A DNA stretch of 64,000 nucleotides from the sequence record ON529853.1; one strand, written 5' to 3'. Below are positions 26,346 to 35,795 of the stretch, one piece after another. The translations under genes and the position numbers were made by a program. The notes below the pieces were generated by a model, which saw nothing but the letters and a program-made list of their open reading frames with translations, ran no database searches and was not told where the DNA came from. The stretch's first letter is position 1; every line of letters begins with the position of its first letter.

Positions 26346-26653
26346 CCGTCTCCGTCGTCACCGGGCAGGCTGCTCAGGTAGCGCTGCCGTTCTTCCTCGT
26401 CGATTTCGCGCTGGAACTCCGCCTCGCGCTCCTGCTCTTCGCGCGCCCACTTGGCTTCCAGGTAATCCTGATAGACGTCATTCGCGCCGGCGCCCCAGTA
26501 GTCGCATTCCAGGCCGCAAGAGCGGCACTTCTCCCGCGACACCGTTTCCACGTAGTCGGTGGAGTTGCACTTCGGGCAGCGTTTCTGCCGGCTGGTCGCC
26601 CGGAGCGGGGCGCCGGTGTCGACGTGGCCGTTGCTGTAGCGGGGGTAGGTCAA
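26339..26653 (-). CDS. Zn-ribbon protein
   Basis: CPKC...CRSC; acidic tail. Confidence 0.75.
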   Translation of the reverse strand: MTYPRYSNGHVDTGAPLRATSRQKRCPKCNSTDYVETVSREKCRSCGLECDYWGAGANDVYQDYLEAKWAREEQEREAEFQREIDEEERQRYLSSLPGDDGDGW

Positions 26654-27264
26654 GAGACGGACACCCGACCGCCGCCGGCGCGGACCTCGGCGAAGAACTC
26701 ACCCAGAGCGACGCGTCCGTCCGTCATCGCTAGATTGGAGCGGCGCCCGGCGTTGTTCATCACGTCGACGCGTGCGGGTTTCGGCGGGTTCAGGCGCAGG
26801 CGGCGGTCCGTCGGGTCCTCGTAGACTTCACCCTCTTCATGCGGGTCGAAATTGAGGAACTCGGGCCGCACGCCCGTGACGTCCTCTTCAATCACGTAGG
26901 TGATAGTGAATTCCAGTTCGTGGCGCGGGCGGACCGATTCGGCTCCGTCTACGTCTTCGTCCTGGATCACGCGCCCCACCACCGGCAGCCGATGGGCCTC
27001 AACGTATTGCCGCAAGGCCATCCGCGCCAGTTCATTGGCCTCGTCGTCGCTCAACAGGTCGGCTTCATCTTCGCCGTCGTGGGGTGCGTCGATGTAATCG
27101 GAATAGTAGGTCAGGCTGAACACCTGGACCCGCGTCGGGAAGGTGATCATACCCTTCCGCGCGTTAGGCTTCCGCCCTGTCTCCGCCGTCACCTCTAGCG
27201 ACGGCGCGTCGAGGATATAGCGGCTGGCGAGGAAGGCTTCAGGGGTTGTCGGGGGCGTCGTCAT
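26650..27264 (-). CDS. acidic hypothetical protein
   Basis: 204 aa, GGAGA RBS. Confidence 0.75.
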   Translation of the reverse strand: MTTPPTTPEAFLASRYILDAPSLEVTAETGRKPNARKGMITFPTRVQVFSLTYYSDYIDAPHDGEDEADLLSDDEANELARMALRQYVEAHRLPVVGRVIQDEDVDGAESVRPRHELEFTITYVIEEDVTGVRPEFLNFDPHEEGEVYEDPTDRRLRLNPPKPARVDVMNNAGRRSNLAMTDGRVALGEFFAEVRAGGGRVSVS

Positions 27265-27958
27265 GCTTGATCTCCTCGCCGTCGATAAACAGGATGCCGG
27301 CGCCGTCGTTGGCGTCCAGCGCGGCGAGGTAGGCGCGCCACCCCGCGTCCGTAATGGGCAGGTTCCCCGGCGGATCGCCCAGGATGAAGTGGGTCGTCGC
27401 AGCCGCGTAGGCTTCGAGGTCCTGCGCCATCTGCTCGGCGACCGCCTCGGGCATGACGCCGTCAGGGAACAGCGGCGGCGTCGTTTCGTCCGTCCAGAGC
27501 GGGGACGACCAGGTGGACATGGTCATGCCCATGCGGGCGGGCCACTCCTGAGGGAAGAGGCGGGTGAACCATTCCTTGGCCTTCTCGCGCTGCTCGGGCG
27601 TGTCCGGACCGCTGACGTCGTCAATGATCTGCAACGGGGGCTTGGGGTCCTCGCCGCGCCAGTGCGTCAGGAGGTCCTCCATCGCCTGCCGCTGGTGCGG
27701 GTAGAGGCCGTCGGCCTCGATGTCCATGAGGACGGTCGGCGGCGCCGCCAGACCGGCGCGGGCGCGGCTGACATGACGCCCCGTGCCGGCGCAGACGCGA
27801 CAGGGTTTGTAGTAGGGCGGCATGGTCATGTAGACGTCGGGACCGCCGCGCTTCAGTTGCGCCAGGTATTCGTCTTCCCCGTCGACACGACCGGTCCCCT
27901 CGCAGGTCCGACAGCGCAGCGGCTCCAGTTCGAAAGAGGTGACATAGGCGATGGTCAT
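27239..27958 (-). CDS. DnaJ-type Zn-finger-containing protein
   Basis: CRTCEGTG...CRVCAGTG; LYPHQRQAM motif. Confidence 0.7.
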   Translation of the reverse strand: MTIAYVTSFELEPLRCRTCEGTGRVDGEDEYLAQLKRGGPDVYMTMPPYYKPCRVCAGTGRHVSRARAGLAAPPTVLMDIEADGLYPHQRQAMEDLLTHWRGEDPKPPLQIIDDVSGPDTPEQREKAKEWFTRLFPQEWPARMGMTMSTWSSPLWTDETTPPLFPDGVMPEAVAEQMAQDLEAYAAATTHFILGDPPGNLPITDAGWRAYLAALDANDGAGILFIDGEEIKHDDAPDNP

Positions 27959-28569
27959 GCGGGCATCTCGGTGAAGACGTCTTCGGTCAGGCGATAGGAG
28001 CGCCGCGAGACAATCCGCAGGGGCTCGTCGCCTCGGCGGTAGTCGCCGCACCGGGCTTTCGCCAAGGCGAGGGAATGGAATTCCACCACGTCGCCGAGGC
28101 TCAGGCCAATGTCCCGCCACTCGTCGCCGACCTTGCGCTGTACGAAATGGGTTTCGTCCCACTGGCTTCGGCCCTGGGGTCGAACGACCGGTAGCGTCGG
28201 ATTCTGGATATGGGCGACGAGCGCCTTCAACGCCCGATCCAGATCGGGCGCCGTGTCGAGATCACCTTCGTCGTCCGGCGGCGGCGGCGTGTCCCAGCTA
28301 AAACCAGCCGTGCCCCGCATGAGGGTGGAGAGGTCCAGGGTCTCCAGGACCTTCAGGGCGAGGCTGGCGTGCTCCAAGTAGGCGGTCCAGGCCGGTCCGC
28401 CCATGTCCACCTTCCGTTTCGGATTGTAGTCGAACCAGTGTTCGTCCTCATGATGCCCCTCGGCCAGGCAGATGGCGCGCGCCATCTTCTCCAGCGCCGG
28501 GTGGATCGTCGTGATGTCGACCAGGGGCTCGCGCGGGACGGCGCAGGGCGGCGGCGCGTCAGCGGCCAT
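27955..28569 (-). CDS. hypothetical protein
   Basis: 204 aa. Confidence 0.7.
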   Translation of the reverse strand: MAADAPPPCAVPREPLVDITTIHPALEKMARAICLAEGHHEDEHWFDYNPKRKVDMGGPAWTAYLEHASLALKVLETLDLSTLMRGTAGFSWDTPPPPDDEGDLDTAPDLDRALKALVAHIQNPTLPVVRPQGRSQWDETHFVQRKVGDEWRDIGLSLGDVVEFHSLALAKARCGDYRRGDEPLRIVSRRSYRLTEDVFTEMPA

Positions 28570-29161
28570 GGAGCGCTTCCTTATGTTGATCGAGAAAGGC
28601 TTGGGCGGAGGCCCCGGCGGCGGATTGCTGCGCCCCTTCGCCGCCGCCCTGGGCGATCGCAGTCAGCACGCTGAGGGCGCGATCCAGCAAGGTCGCTTCA
28701 TGATAGGCGCGGTAAGCCATCTGCAAGGTTTGGGTCAGCAGGGTGCTTTCGCTGCGCTCCCACCCCAGGTGCTGATCCAGTAGGGTGAGGAGGCCCGCCT
28801 TGTCGTGCTGGATAAGGTCCAGCAGGGCGTCGGGCGTCATCCAACCTTCGCGGTCGGTGCGCACAAAGGCCGCATGGGTGTCGCGGGCGGTGATGCTGAC
28901 GTTGGTCCCGCCGACATGGTTGGTGCGGATGGTCAGGGCGTTGGTGTCGCGGATCACGAAGCCGAGGCTGGTCGAGCCGTCGGCGGCGAAGGCCCGGACG
29001 GTGACGTCGGACCCTTCATCCTGCTCGATTTCCGGCTCCAGATAGAGGACGAGGTCGCCGCCGGCGCAGGCCGGGCAAGGCTTCATGACCGGACCGTGAT
29101 CGGTCGGGACCTTGATCTCGTGGCGGTCGCCGCAGAGGCGGCAACGGATGTCAGCGTCCAC
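28559..29161 (-). CDS. Zn-finger-containing protein
   Basis: CRLCG...CPACAG. Confidence 0.7.
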   Translation of the reverse strand: MDADIRCRLCGDRHEIKVPTDHGPVMKPCPACAGGDLVLYLEPEIEQDEGSDVTVRAFAADGSTSLGFVIRDTNALTIRTNHVGGTNVSITARDTHAAFVRTDREGWMTPDALLDLIQHDKAGLLTLLDQHLGWERSESTLLTQTLQMAYRAYHEATLLDRALSVLTAIAQGGGEGAQQSAAGASAQAFLDQHKEALHGR

Positions 29162-29366
29162 GGCGACCCTCCAGGAGAATCAGGCCTGTATGCGCGGCTT
29201 GGGCCTCGCGCAGCCGCGTCGCCGCTTCGGTCATGCGGCTGGGCTGGGCCAGCACCATGGCGTCGATCGCCGCCGAGACACGATCCCAGGATTCGATCAC
29301 GGCGTCGGAGAGGGCGGGGCGTGGCACGTAGTCGCCGCCGAGCCCGTCCATGCCGGCCCGGCTCAC
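29151..29366 (-). CDS. hypothetical protein
   Basis: 71 aa, coupled. Confidence 0.6.
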   Translation of the reverse strand: MSRAGMDGLGGDYVPRPALSDAVIESWDRVSAAIDAMVLAQPSRMTEAATRLREAQAAHTGLILLEGRRGR

Positions 29367-29584
29367 GACGTCAGTCTCCGGTCGATCCAGTAGACATCGT
29401 CGTCGCGCGACGACGTCGCCTTGATGACGTAGCCGATCAGATCGCCGTTGTGGCGCCAGTCGACGCGCGGCGGCAGGCCGGGCACGGGGTTTTCGAAGGC
29501 GAGGCCGCCGTGGCGCATCTCGTAGCGGCGCACGGCGTCATAGAAGGCGCGCTTGCCGATGCGGCGGTAGTCGGTACGGATCAT
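29363..29584 (-). CDS. hypothetical protein
   Basis: MIRTDYRRIGKRAFY... Confidence 0.65.
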   Translation of the reverse strand: MIRTDYRRIGKRAFYDAVRRYEMRHGGLAFENPVPGLPPRVDWRHNGDLIGYVIKATSSRDDDVYWIDRRLTS

Positions 29585-29592
29585 GGTCTGGA

Positions 29593-30384
29593 TCACGAGC
29601 GCTGCGCCTGCGCGAAGATGACGTCCACGGAGCAGTCGTCGCACAGGGTGACGCCGTCCACGATGTTCTCGTTGCCCAGGGCGCCGCCGCGCGCGCCGTG
29701 GCAGCGCTTGCAGTTGTCGGGACCGGGGGCCACGGACAGGCTGCTCGCCAGTCCGCCGGCGTTCTCCAGGTCGGTGTGGATGGTATCGAACAGGGCGCGC
29801 TCGCCGTCCTGGAGGTGCAGGGCGTCCTCCACCTGGAAGAGGTCATCACGGGCGCCCTGGATCAGGGTCGCGGCCTCGGCCGCCATGGCGGCGTGCTTCT
29901 CCAGCGGCTCCAGGGTGCGGGCGATCCGCATCGACATGATCAGGTCCGACTGGGCCTTGTCCCGCAGGTCGGACGGCACGCGGTCTTCCTGGAGGGCGCG
30001 TTCCAGATCAATCGCCCATTGACGGTGATGGGTGACGATCTCGGCCAGGGTCAGCGGCGGGACTTTGTCCTCGGCGCGCCCCGGCAGATAGCCCAACTGG
30101 GTCTGGATGCCGTCCGGATAGCCCAACGCCTTGTCGCGGGCCGACATGCGCGGCGCCGGCTGGGGGTTCTTGGGGTCGTGCAGCGGCCGCGCGACGGCGT
30201 CCTCCAACTTGCGGAAGACGTCGACGAAGTCGCGTTCCTCCGACCACAACAAGGCCTGGCCGATGGAAACCGGAAGACCGTTGACGTAGGAGACCTCGTG
30301 CAGGCCGAATTCCATGCCGTCCTCGGCCTGATAACCCACCACGCGGTAGCCCCAGGTGTGCGTCGGTTCCACTTCATCAGCCAT
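29593..30384 (-). CDS. hypothetical protein, C-terminal Zn finger
   Basis: WGYRVV...FGLHEVSY; CKRC...CDDC. Confidence 0.75.
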   Translation of the reverse strand: MADEVEPTHTWGYRVVGYQAEDGMEFGLHEVSYVNGLPVSIGQALLWSEERDFVDVFRKLEDAVARPLHDPKNPQPAPRMSARDKALGYPDGIQTQLGYLPGRAEDKVPPLTLAEIVTHHRQWAIDLERALQEDRVPSDLRDKAQSDLIMSMRIARTLEPLEKHAAMAAEAATLIQGARDDLFQVEDALHLQDGERALFDTIHTDLENAGGLASSLSVAPGPDNCKRCHGARGGALGNENIVDGVTLCDDCSVDVIFAQAQRS

Positions 30385-30523
30385 GCAGATACATCTCCTT
30401 GTCGTCGTAGCGGCTCCAGTGGAGCCCGGCGTAGACCGCCAGCGCGAGAGGGATCGCCACCACCAGAAGAACCAGTGCCGCCGGGATCATCCACAGCAGG
30501 TTGAGGGCTTCGAGATCGGTCAC
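30377..30523 (-). CDS. 48-aa membrane peptide
   Basis: Read by eye: GGAG RBS, MTDLEALNLLWMIPAALVLLVV... Confidence 0.65.
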   Translation of the reverse strand: MTDLEALNLLWMIPAALVLLVVAIPLALAVYAGLHWSRYDDKEMYLHG

Positions 30524-30598
30524 GGTCGTCTCCCTTATCATTTTGTTACGACCACGCTAGTCTGTGCCGTCAATCCTGACAAGGGGCGCCAGCGATTT

Positions 30599-30820
30599 TT
30601 AAGTCCAGCCGATCGCCTTGCTGAGTTCGGGCGTCCAGTCGCCCAGGGCGCGGAACCGCGCCTGGATGCGCTCCAGGATGACGATCTCGGCGTCGAGGAC
30701 CTCATGGAAGTCGTCGCGGCCCAGGGCATGGTTGGCGGGGGACGGCAGATGCCGCAGCCAGCGGCCCAACTGCATCTTGTCGGCCGCCTCGACCTGATCT
30801 GGCGTCGGATAGCGGCTCAT
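30599..30820 (-). CDS. hypothetical protein
   Basis: MSRYPTPDQVEAAD...SKAIGW. Confidence 0.7.
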   Translation of the reverse strand: MSRYPTPDQVEAADKMQLGRWLRHLPSPANHALGRDDFHEVLDAEIVILERIQARFRALGDWTPELSKAIGWT

Positions 30821-31446
30821 GCGCACGCGCGCCATTCAGCGTGCTCGCGCAGGATCGCGGCGACTTCCCGTTCCTGCGGGGTTTCCACATAGAGGGGCTC
30901 GCTTCGCCGGCGCTCGACCCAGGACAGAGGCGGCTGGTAGGCCGCCAACGCCTTGATGAAGAAGGGCTCGATCTCGGCCCACTCCATGCAGCCGTCCAGA
31001 GGGTGGACGCTGGTGCGGCGATGCTCGGCGTGCGGATGCTTGTTGATGCCGGCGTCGATGGCGCCGTCGCGACTATGCGGGTGCAGGCCGATGCGGACGC
31101 GGGCGCCGCGATACCGGGCGTAGAAGACCGTGCCGTCGGACAGCCGCCCTTCCCACTGACTGGGGCAGACCCGACAGGTCTGGACGACCTCGGTGAACAC
31201 GTCGGGGTCCAGGCGGAAGTCACGCACGTCGAAGCGAGTCCAACTGAAGCCGAGGTGCTTGTGGATCGCCCGGCTGCGGCGGCCGGGCCGGACCTGGGCG
31301 GTCATCGAGTGGAACTGGGCGAAGACCGAGCGCGCCAGCACGGCGTCCGGCGCATTGCGCCAGCCCCGCGAAGGTTGGTTGCGGATCAGCGCCCGCTGCC
31401 CCCGTAGATGCGGGATCGGGCCGACATAAGTGGCGACAATGATCAT
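30817..31446 (-). CDS. hypothetical protein (two-domain)
   Basis: TCRVCPSQWEG...FYARYR motif. Confidence 0.7.
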   Translation of the reverse strand: MIIVATYVGPIPHLRGQRALIRNQPSRGWRNAPDAVLARSVFAQFHSMTAQVRPGRRSRAIHKHLGFSWTRFDVRDFRLDPDVFTEVVQTCRVCPSQWEGRLSDGTVFYARYRGARVRIGLHPHSRDGAIDAGINKHPHAEHRRTSVHPLDGCMEWAEIEPFFIKALAAYQPPLSWVERRRSEPLYVETPQEREVAAILREHAEWRACA

Positions 31447-31943
31447 GACTTGGCCTTCAACTGGCGTTCGACGCTGGGCGGCACGAGCCAGGACATGTCT
31501 TCACCGATGCGGGCCAGTTCACGGGCCATGCTGGAGGAGACGTGCAGGAAGTCCGACTGGCAGATCAGATAGACCATCGGCAGGTCGGGGGCGATGCGCT
31601 CCATGACGCCGTGAATGCCGAACTCGTCGTTGAAGTCGCTGGCCTGGCGGAAAGCCCTCACGAGGTGGGACGCTCCCACGGATCGGGCGGCGGCCGCCAG
31701 GCTGCCTTCGAAGGCAAGCGTAAAGATGCGTGACGCGTCCTCGGGGAACTGCGCCTTGCACGCCTCGTAGACCATAAAGGTCCGTTCTTTGGGATCGAAC
31801 AGCCCCTGTTTGGCGGCGTTGCTGCCCACCGCCACATACAGGACGTCAAAGACCGTCAGGGCCTGCCGGATCACGTCGAGGTGCCCCCGCGTGATCGGAT
31901 CAAACGACCCGGCGTAAAAGCCGATTTTCGGTCCCTGGGTCAT
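31443..31943 (-). CDS. coaD: phosphopantetheine adenylyltransferase
   Basis: YAGSFDPITRGHLDVI, LVRAFRQASDF, VSSSMARELA. Confidence 0.9.
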   Translation of the reverse strand: MTQGPKIGFYAGSFDPITRGHLDVIRQALTVFDVLYVAVGSNAAKQGLFDPKERTFMVYEACKAQFPEDASRIFTLAFEGSLAAAARSVGASHLVRAFRQASDFNDEFGIHGVMERIAPDLPMVYLICQSDFLHVSSSMARELARIGEDMSWLVPPSVERQLKAKS

Positions 31944-32173
31944 TCGTCCGCCCAGATGTTCACCGTCTCGCCCGTCCCCCGGAAGATGGAAACATCCTCG
32001 ATCCGGTGTTTGTCGTCGTCGAGGCAGTAGCTGTCCGGCGCGTCAGGGCGCATATGCCAGGGCGTCGCCCGGCGCGCGGCTTGGATCGCTTCGCCGCGCG
32101 TCAGTCCCTTGATCAAGGAGACCTTCCCGCCTTCAGTCCGGGTGTAGAGACACCAATCCGCCACCTCGCTCAC
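31940..32173 (-). CDS. hypothetical protein
   Basis: 77 aa, coupled. Confidence 0.7.
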   Translation of the reverse strand: MSEVADWCLYTRTEGGKVSLIKGLTRGEAIQAARRATPWHMRPDAPDSYCLDDDKHRIEDVSIFRGTGETVNIWADE

Positions 32174-32598
32174 GGGTGCAGGTCCAGCGGCGCCACGGCG
32201 CGTTCGATGGCGATCTTCGGGCCGAAGATGTAGGCGCAGGTGTCCAGCGGGAACAGATGCACGACCGAGCCGTCCAGCAGCGGATAGGACGGGTCGTTGA
32301 CCACGGCGCAGGGGAAGCCCAGGCGGGTGGCGATCGCCAGCGCCTCGTTCATCTGCCGGTTGTCGCAGCCCATCGTCAGCACGGTGCCGAACCCGCGCGA
32401 CTCGGCCCAGTCCCGAAGCCAGTTCTGTTGCGTGACCGTCCAGGTCTGGCGATCCTTAAGCGCCATCTGGGTGCCGGCGTGGTGCGACTGGGCATGACCC
32501 TTGCCCGCGTTCATCGACGCCATGTCGGTGCGCATCAGCAGGTAGACGCACAGCAGTTCGGGCGCGGCGCCTTCGGGCGGCGTAGTCTGGTCGGTCAA
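32170..32598 (-). CDS. peptidyl-tRNA hydrolase PTH2-like protein
   Basis: YLLMRTDMASMNAGKGHAQSHHA...W...GTVLT...VVND matches PTH2 pattern. Confidence 0.75.
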   Translation of the reverse strand: MTDQTTPPEGAAPELLCVYLLMRTDMASMNAGKGHAQSHHAGTQMALKDRQTWTVTQQNWLRDWAESRGFGTVLTMGCDNRQMNEALAIATRLGFPCAVVNDPSYPLLDGSVVHLFPLDTCAYIFGPKIAIERAVAPLDLHP

Positions 32599-32894
32599 GC
32601 TTCATGTCCTTGCAGGGCGGGGAAGGCGTCGATCAACGCGTTCGCCAGCCGGGTTTTCGAACCCCCCAGCGGACCGGGGTAAAAATGGTGGTAGATGACC
32701 TGCTCCAGGGTCTCGACCAGAGCCGGGCCGGCGGCGGCCGGCGGCCGCAACATCGCGGCGATGACCGCCTCGCGATGCTCCAGCACAAAGAGCGCCAGGA
32801 CTTCGCGGGCGTAGAGGCCTTCGGAAGACGACGCCGCGTCGCACTCCGCCATCAGCGCCCGCAGCTTCTCGACCCGCTTCAGGTCAATCGGCAT
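32595..32894 (-). CDS. hypothetical protein
   Basis: 99 aa. Confidence 0.65.
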   Translation of the reverse strand: MPIDLKRVEKLRALMAECDAASSSEGLYAREVLALFVLEHREAVIAAMLRPPAAAGPALVETLEQVIYHHFYPGPLGGSKTRLANALIDAFPALQGHEA

Positions 32895-33420
32895 CAGGAT
32901 GCTCCTGGGCGCCGGGCGTCTTCGGCAGCAACAGCCACAGGGTAGGCGCAGGTCCGTCCCAGGGAATCAGTTGATCGGTATCGGCGCGATACCACGACCA
33001 CTCATATTCATGGCCGGGGTGATGGTCGATGGAGCCGACTGCCGCCCGCCACTCCTCCGGCGTGCCCCAGCGCGTGACCATGCCGGAAAGCGGCGTTGCC
33101 CAGTCGCGGCCGCAGAACAGGACGTCCGCCTGCTGGGCGACGGCGCAGGGCGCGCGGTCGACCAATCGGTTCCAGGTCGTGACGCCGCCGTAGAGACGGT
33201 CCCGCGCGTCCTGCACGAACTCCGAACACTGACGCCCCGAGAGGGGCGCGGCCGGGTGCTCGCGCAGATGCGCTGCGATCGTCGTCATCGCGTCGTAGTC
33301 GTGCTGGTTCTGGTCGAACCGCCCCGCCAAGTCTCGGGCGATGGCGACCTGATCCACCGCAGGCGAGAGCCGTACGTTGACCATGGGCGTGACGAGGTTC
33401 ATGCGGTCCTGGATGCTCAT
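32884..33420 (-). CDS. hypothetical protein
   Basis: MSIQDRMNL... Confidence 0.7.
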   Translation of the reverse strand: MSIQDRMNLVTPMVNVRLSPAVDQVAIARDLAGRFDQNQHDYDAMTTIAAHLREHPAAPLSGRQCSEFVQDARDRLYGGVTTWNRLVDRAPCAVAQQADVLFCGRDWATPLSGMVTRWGTPEEWRAAVGSIDHHPGHEYEWSWYRADTDQLIPWDGPAPTLWLLLPKTPGAQEHPDAD

Positions 33421-33593
33421 GCGCACGCGCATTGGCCCAGCAGCAGGCGCGCGCGCTGGGCGCGTTCAGCAGCGCTCGGAATCGTCTGGCGCTTGCCGTG
33501 CTCCTGACGCCGACGCGGCGGGAGGACGGGGCTCTGGATAAAGGCTTCAAAAGCCTCGTCGCGGCCGGGGATGGTGTAGGTCGTCGAGTGCAA
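33417..33593 (-). CDS. hypothetical protein (58 aa)
   Basis: AGGAGG RBS + TTG; first ORF after promoter. Confidence 0.55.
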   Translation of the reverse strand: MHSTTYTIPGRDEAFEAFIQSPVLPPRRRQEHGKRQTIPSAAERAQRARLLLGQCACA

Positions 33594-33622
33594 TAGGTCC
33601 TCCTGAAATCGTCGGAGAGGGC

Positions 33623-33648
33623 GTAAAGGAACGATCAGCGACTGTCAA
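33623..33648 (-). promoter_or_regulatory. conserved early promoter
   Basis: gtaaaggaa-N11-tgtcaa; -35 contains upstream stop. Confidence 0.8.
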
Positions 33649-34112
33649 CCATCCTGACTCACTTTCGGCCGCCGCCGGGCCTCCTTCTCAGCCCGGCGCC
33701 ATTCGCTGATGTCGCGCGCGATCTCGATGGTGTTCTCGGTGCAGACCTTCTGGCCCACGGCCTTGACCAGGGCCTCGACCTCGTGCCGCTTAAGATCGAG
33801 GGCGCACTTCATCGCCCGCACGAACCGGTCGAATTCCACACCGGACCGTTCGCTCGCCACATAGAGACGGATGACGATCTCGATTTCCTCGGCGCTGGCG
33901 GTCGGCTTCAACCGGGCGACGCAATCCAGTCGGTAGCACTCTTCGATATAGCGCCCGAGCAGGGACAGGTTGAACCGCCCATCCAGGCCTATGTCATGGT
34001 CGTCTTCTTCCCAGACGTGGGGGGCGTGTGCAGGGTGTACGGAGTCCCCATAGAGGGCGAACGCACGCCGCAGGACTTCCGGCGTGATATGGGTCGGGTC
34101 AAGCAGGTTCAA
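33645..34112 (-). CDS. hypothetical protein
   Basis: TTG start overlapping upstream stop. Confidence 0.65.
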   Translation of the reverse strand: MNLLDPTHITPEVLRRAFALYGDSVHPAHAPHVWEEDDHDIGLDGRFNLSLLGRYIEECYRLDCVARLKPTASAEEIEIVIRLYVASERSGVEFDRFVRAMKCALDLKRHEVEALVKAVGQKVCTENTIEIARDISEWRRAEKEARRRPKVSQDG

Positions 34113-34321
34113 CGGCGCGCCTCCAGAAGCCGCAGCGCTTCTTCGAGCGCCTGCGTGCGTTTGACAAATGTCTTGTCGCTGATCTCGCCGGCGAGGTAGG
34201 CGTCGTGGGCCAGGCGCAGCCGGGCCAAAAGAAGACGCCGCACACGCTCGACGTTCGCCTGACGCCACCAACGCCAGCCGAACCAGGTCCCGATCACCAG
34301 AAGGATCAGCAGTTCAGCCAT
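34109..34321 (-). CDS. small membrane-anchored protein
   Basis: MAELLILLVIGTWFGW; GGAGGAG RBS. Confidence 0.75.
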   Translation of the reverse strand: MAELLILLVIGTWFGWRWWRQANVERVRRLLLARLRLAHDAYLAGEISDKTFVKRTQALEEALRLLEARR

Positions 34322-34354
34322 GTTCTCCTCCTGCTCTACGTCAATATCGGTCGT

Positions 34355-34711
34355 CTAGTTCGTGATCCCCTCCGATTCGGCCCGTCGATCGTAATAGGCC
34401 TGCATCCAGGGATTCGCGGCGTAACGCCAGGTCCAGGGCGTTTCGCCGAATCCGGCGCCGTTGAAAGCACACAACCATTTGTAGGCGCGCACCGACAACG
34501 GGTAGTTGTAAGCGTCGCCGGTGCGCCCGCCAAGCCTAAAACTGGCGTGAATCTGCTCCGGCGTCAGGCCTTCGGGTTGCTCCCGGCCGACCTTGATCTT
34601 GACCTCAGGGACATGAACGTCCGATGACTCAGGCGGCTCCACGCTCCACCCGGCTTTCCGCAGAAGTTTGATCGCCGCCTTGAGCGCCGACGGATCAGTA
34701 GCGGTAGCCAT
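34355..34711 (-). CDS. hypothetical protein
   Basis: 118 aa. Confidence 0.7.
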   Translation of the reverse strand: MATATDPSALKAAIKLLRKAGWSVEPPESSDVHVPEVKIKVGREQPEGLTPEQIHASFRLGGRTGDAYNYPLSVRAYKWLCAFNGAGFGETPWTWRYAANPWMQAYYDRRAESEGITN

Positions 34712-34970
34712 CGTCGATCTCGTCCAGAGGGTGGGACTCTTGCAGCAGGTTCAGCGCCTCGGCGCGCCACAGCGCCCGTTCCCGTCGCTCCAGAGCAGCC
34801 CACGGCGCGTAGCCGGCGGTAGCGACCACGGCGGCGCGAACCTGATCAGCCTGGGTCGACAGGCCGCCGCTGTGCCAGGAGGCCTTGCCCTTGTCGAAAG
34901 AGCGGCAGTCGCTCTCGTAGAGGGCGATCGCCACCGTCTCCAGTTCGGCGCGCGTCGGTTCGCCCGTCAT
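34695..34970 (-). CDS. hypothetical protein
   Basis: 91 aa. Confidence 0.65.
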   Translation of the reverse strand: MTGEPTRAELETVAIALYESDCRSFDKGKASWHSGGLSTQADQVRAAVVATAGYAPWAALERRERALWRAEALNLLQESHPLDEIDDGYRY

Positions 34971-35350
34971 TGCACGGCTTTCGGCGCCGGCGCGACCGGT
35001 CGGGTCACGGCCGCGTACTGGTTCATGAAGGTCGACACCAGGGAGGCGTCCTCCAGCGTGGCGTGGAAGGTGTAGACGCCCAGACGCCAGCGTCCGCTGT
35101 CAGCCTTGACCTCGGCGGTGACGACGCCGTCGCCGGCCTCGGGGACCCCGGTGCGCACCCAGGTCAACACGTCTTCCTTGATCCGGTCGCCCAGCCAGCG
35201 CGCCTCGACCTCGTCGAGGATGCTTTCGATCACCATGATCGCCAGGATGTGGTCGTCAGGCCCCTTCATGACGCCGACCTTGATGGCCTGGTCGGCGACC
35301 GTGAAGTGCTCGACGTTGTCGAGGTGTTTGGTCAGGTCATGCGTCAGCAT
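34967..35350 (-). CDS. hypothetical protein
   Basis: GAGGAG RBS. Confidence 0.75.
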   Translation of the reverse strand: MLTHDLTKHLDNVEHFTVADQAIKVGVMKGPDDHILAIMVIESILDEVEARWLGDRIKEDVLTWVRTGVPEAGDGVVTAEVKADSGRWRLGVYTFHATLEDASLVSTFMNQYAAVTRPVAPAPKAVQ

Positions 35351-35351
35351 G

Positions 35352-35795
35352 TCAGGCTCTCCTCGTCAGGCGGGCGAGCCAGCCTGGTTTGTCGTCGGCA
35401 GGTTCTGCGGGCTGCGGATGGTCGGGGACCCCGAAGGCGCGGGGGCTCAGGCCGCCCACCGTGACCGGCTTCACCGTAGGTTTGTGGCCCCGCTTGGCGA
35501 TTCGGTCCAGTTCCTTTCGGACATCCTTCCACAGGTGATCCTCATCGAAGTAGATTTCCCCGACCACGCGACATTCCGCACGCCGGCGCACCAGGATGCC
35601 CATGCAGAACAGCCAGAACTCGTCGCGCGCCTGGCGCTTCAGGTAGTCGGAATGACCGGTGAACAGCGTCTGCTGCTCGAACATGATGTCGAAACCGGAG
35701 AAGCCGGTCTTGCCATGTTCCGGGCACTCCCACAGGCGAGGCGCCATGTCGCCGGCGCTGGCTTTGGCGCTGCAAACGCAAGGCACACGACTCAT
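35352..35795 (-). CDS. hypothetical protein with Cys-rich N-terminus
   Basis: MSRVPCVC...WECPEHG; TGATG coupling. Confidence 0.7.
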   Translation of the reverse strand: MSRVPCVCSAKASAGDMAPRLWECPEHGKTGFSGFDIMFEQQTLFTGHSDYLKRQARDEFWLFCMGILVRRRAECRVVGEIYFDEDHLWKDVRKELDRIAKRGHKPTVKPVTVGGLSPRAFGVPDHPQPAEPADDKPGWLARLTRRA

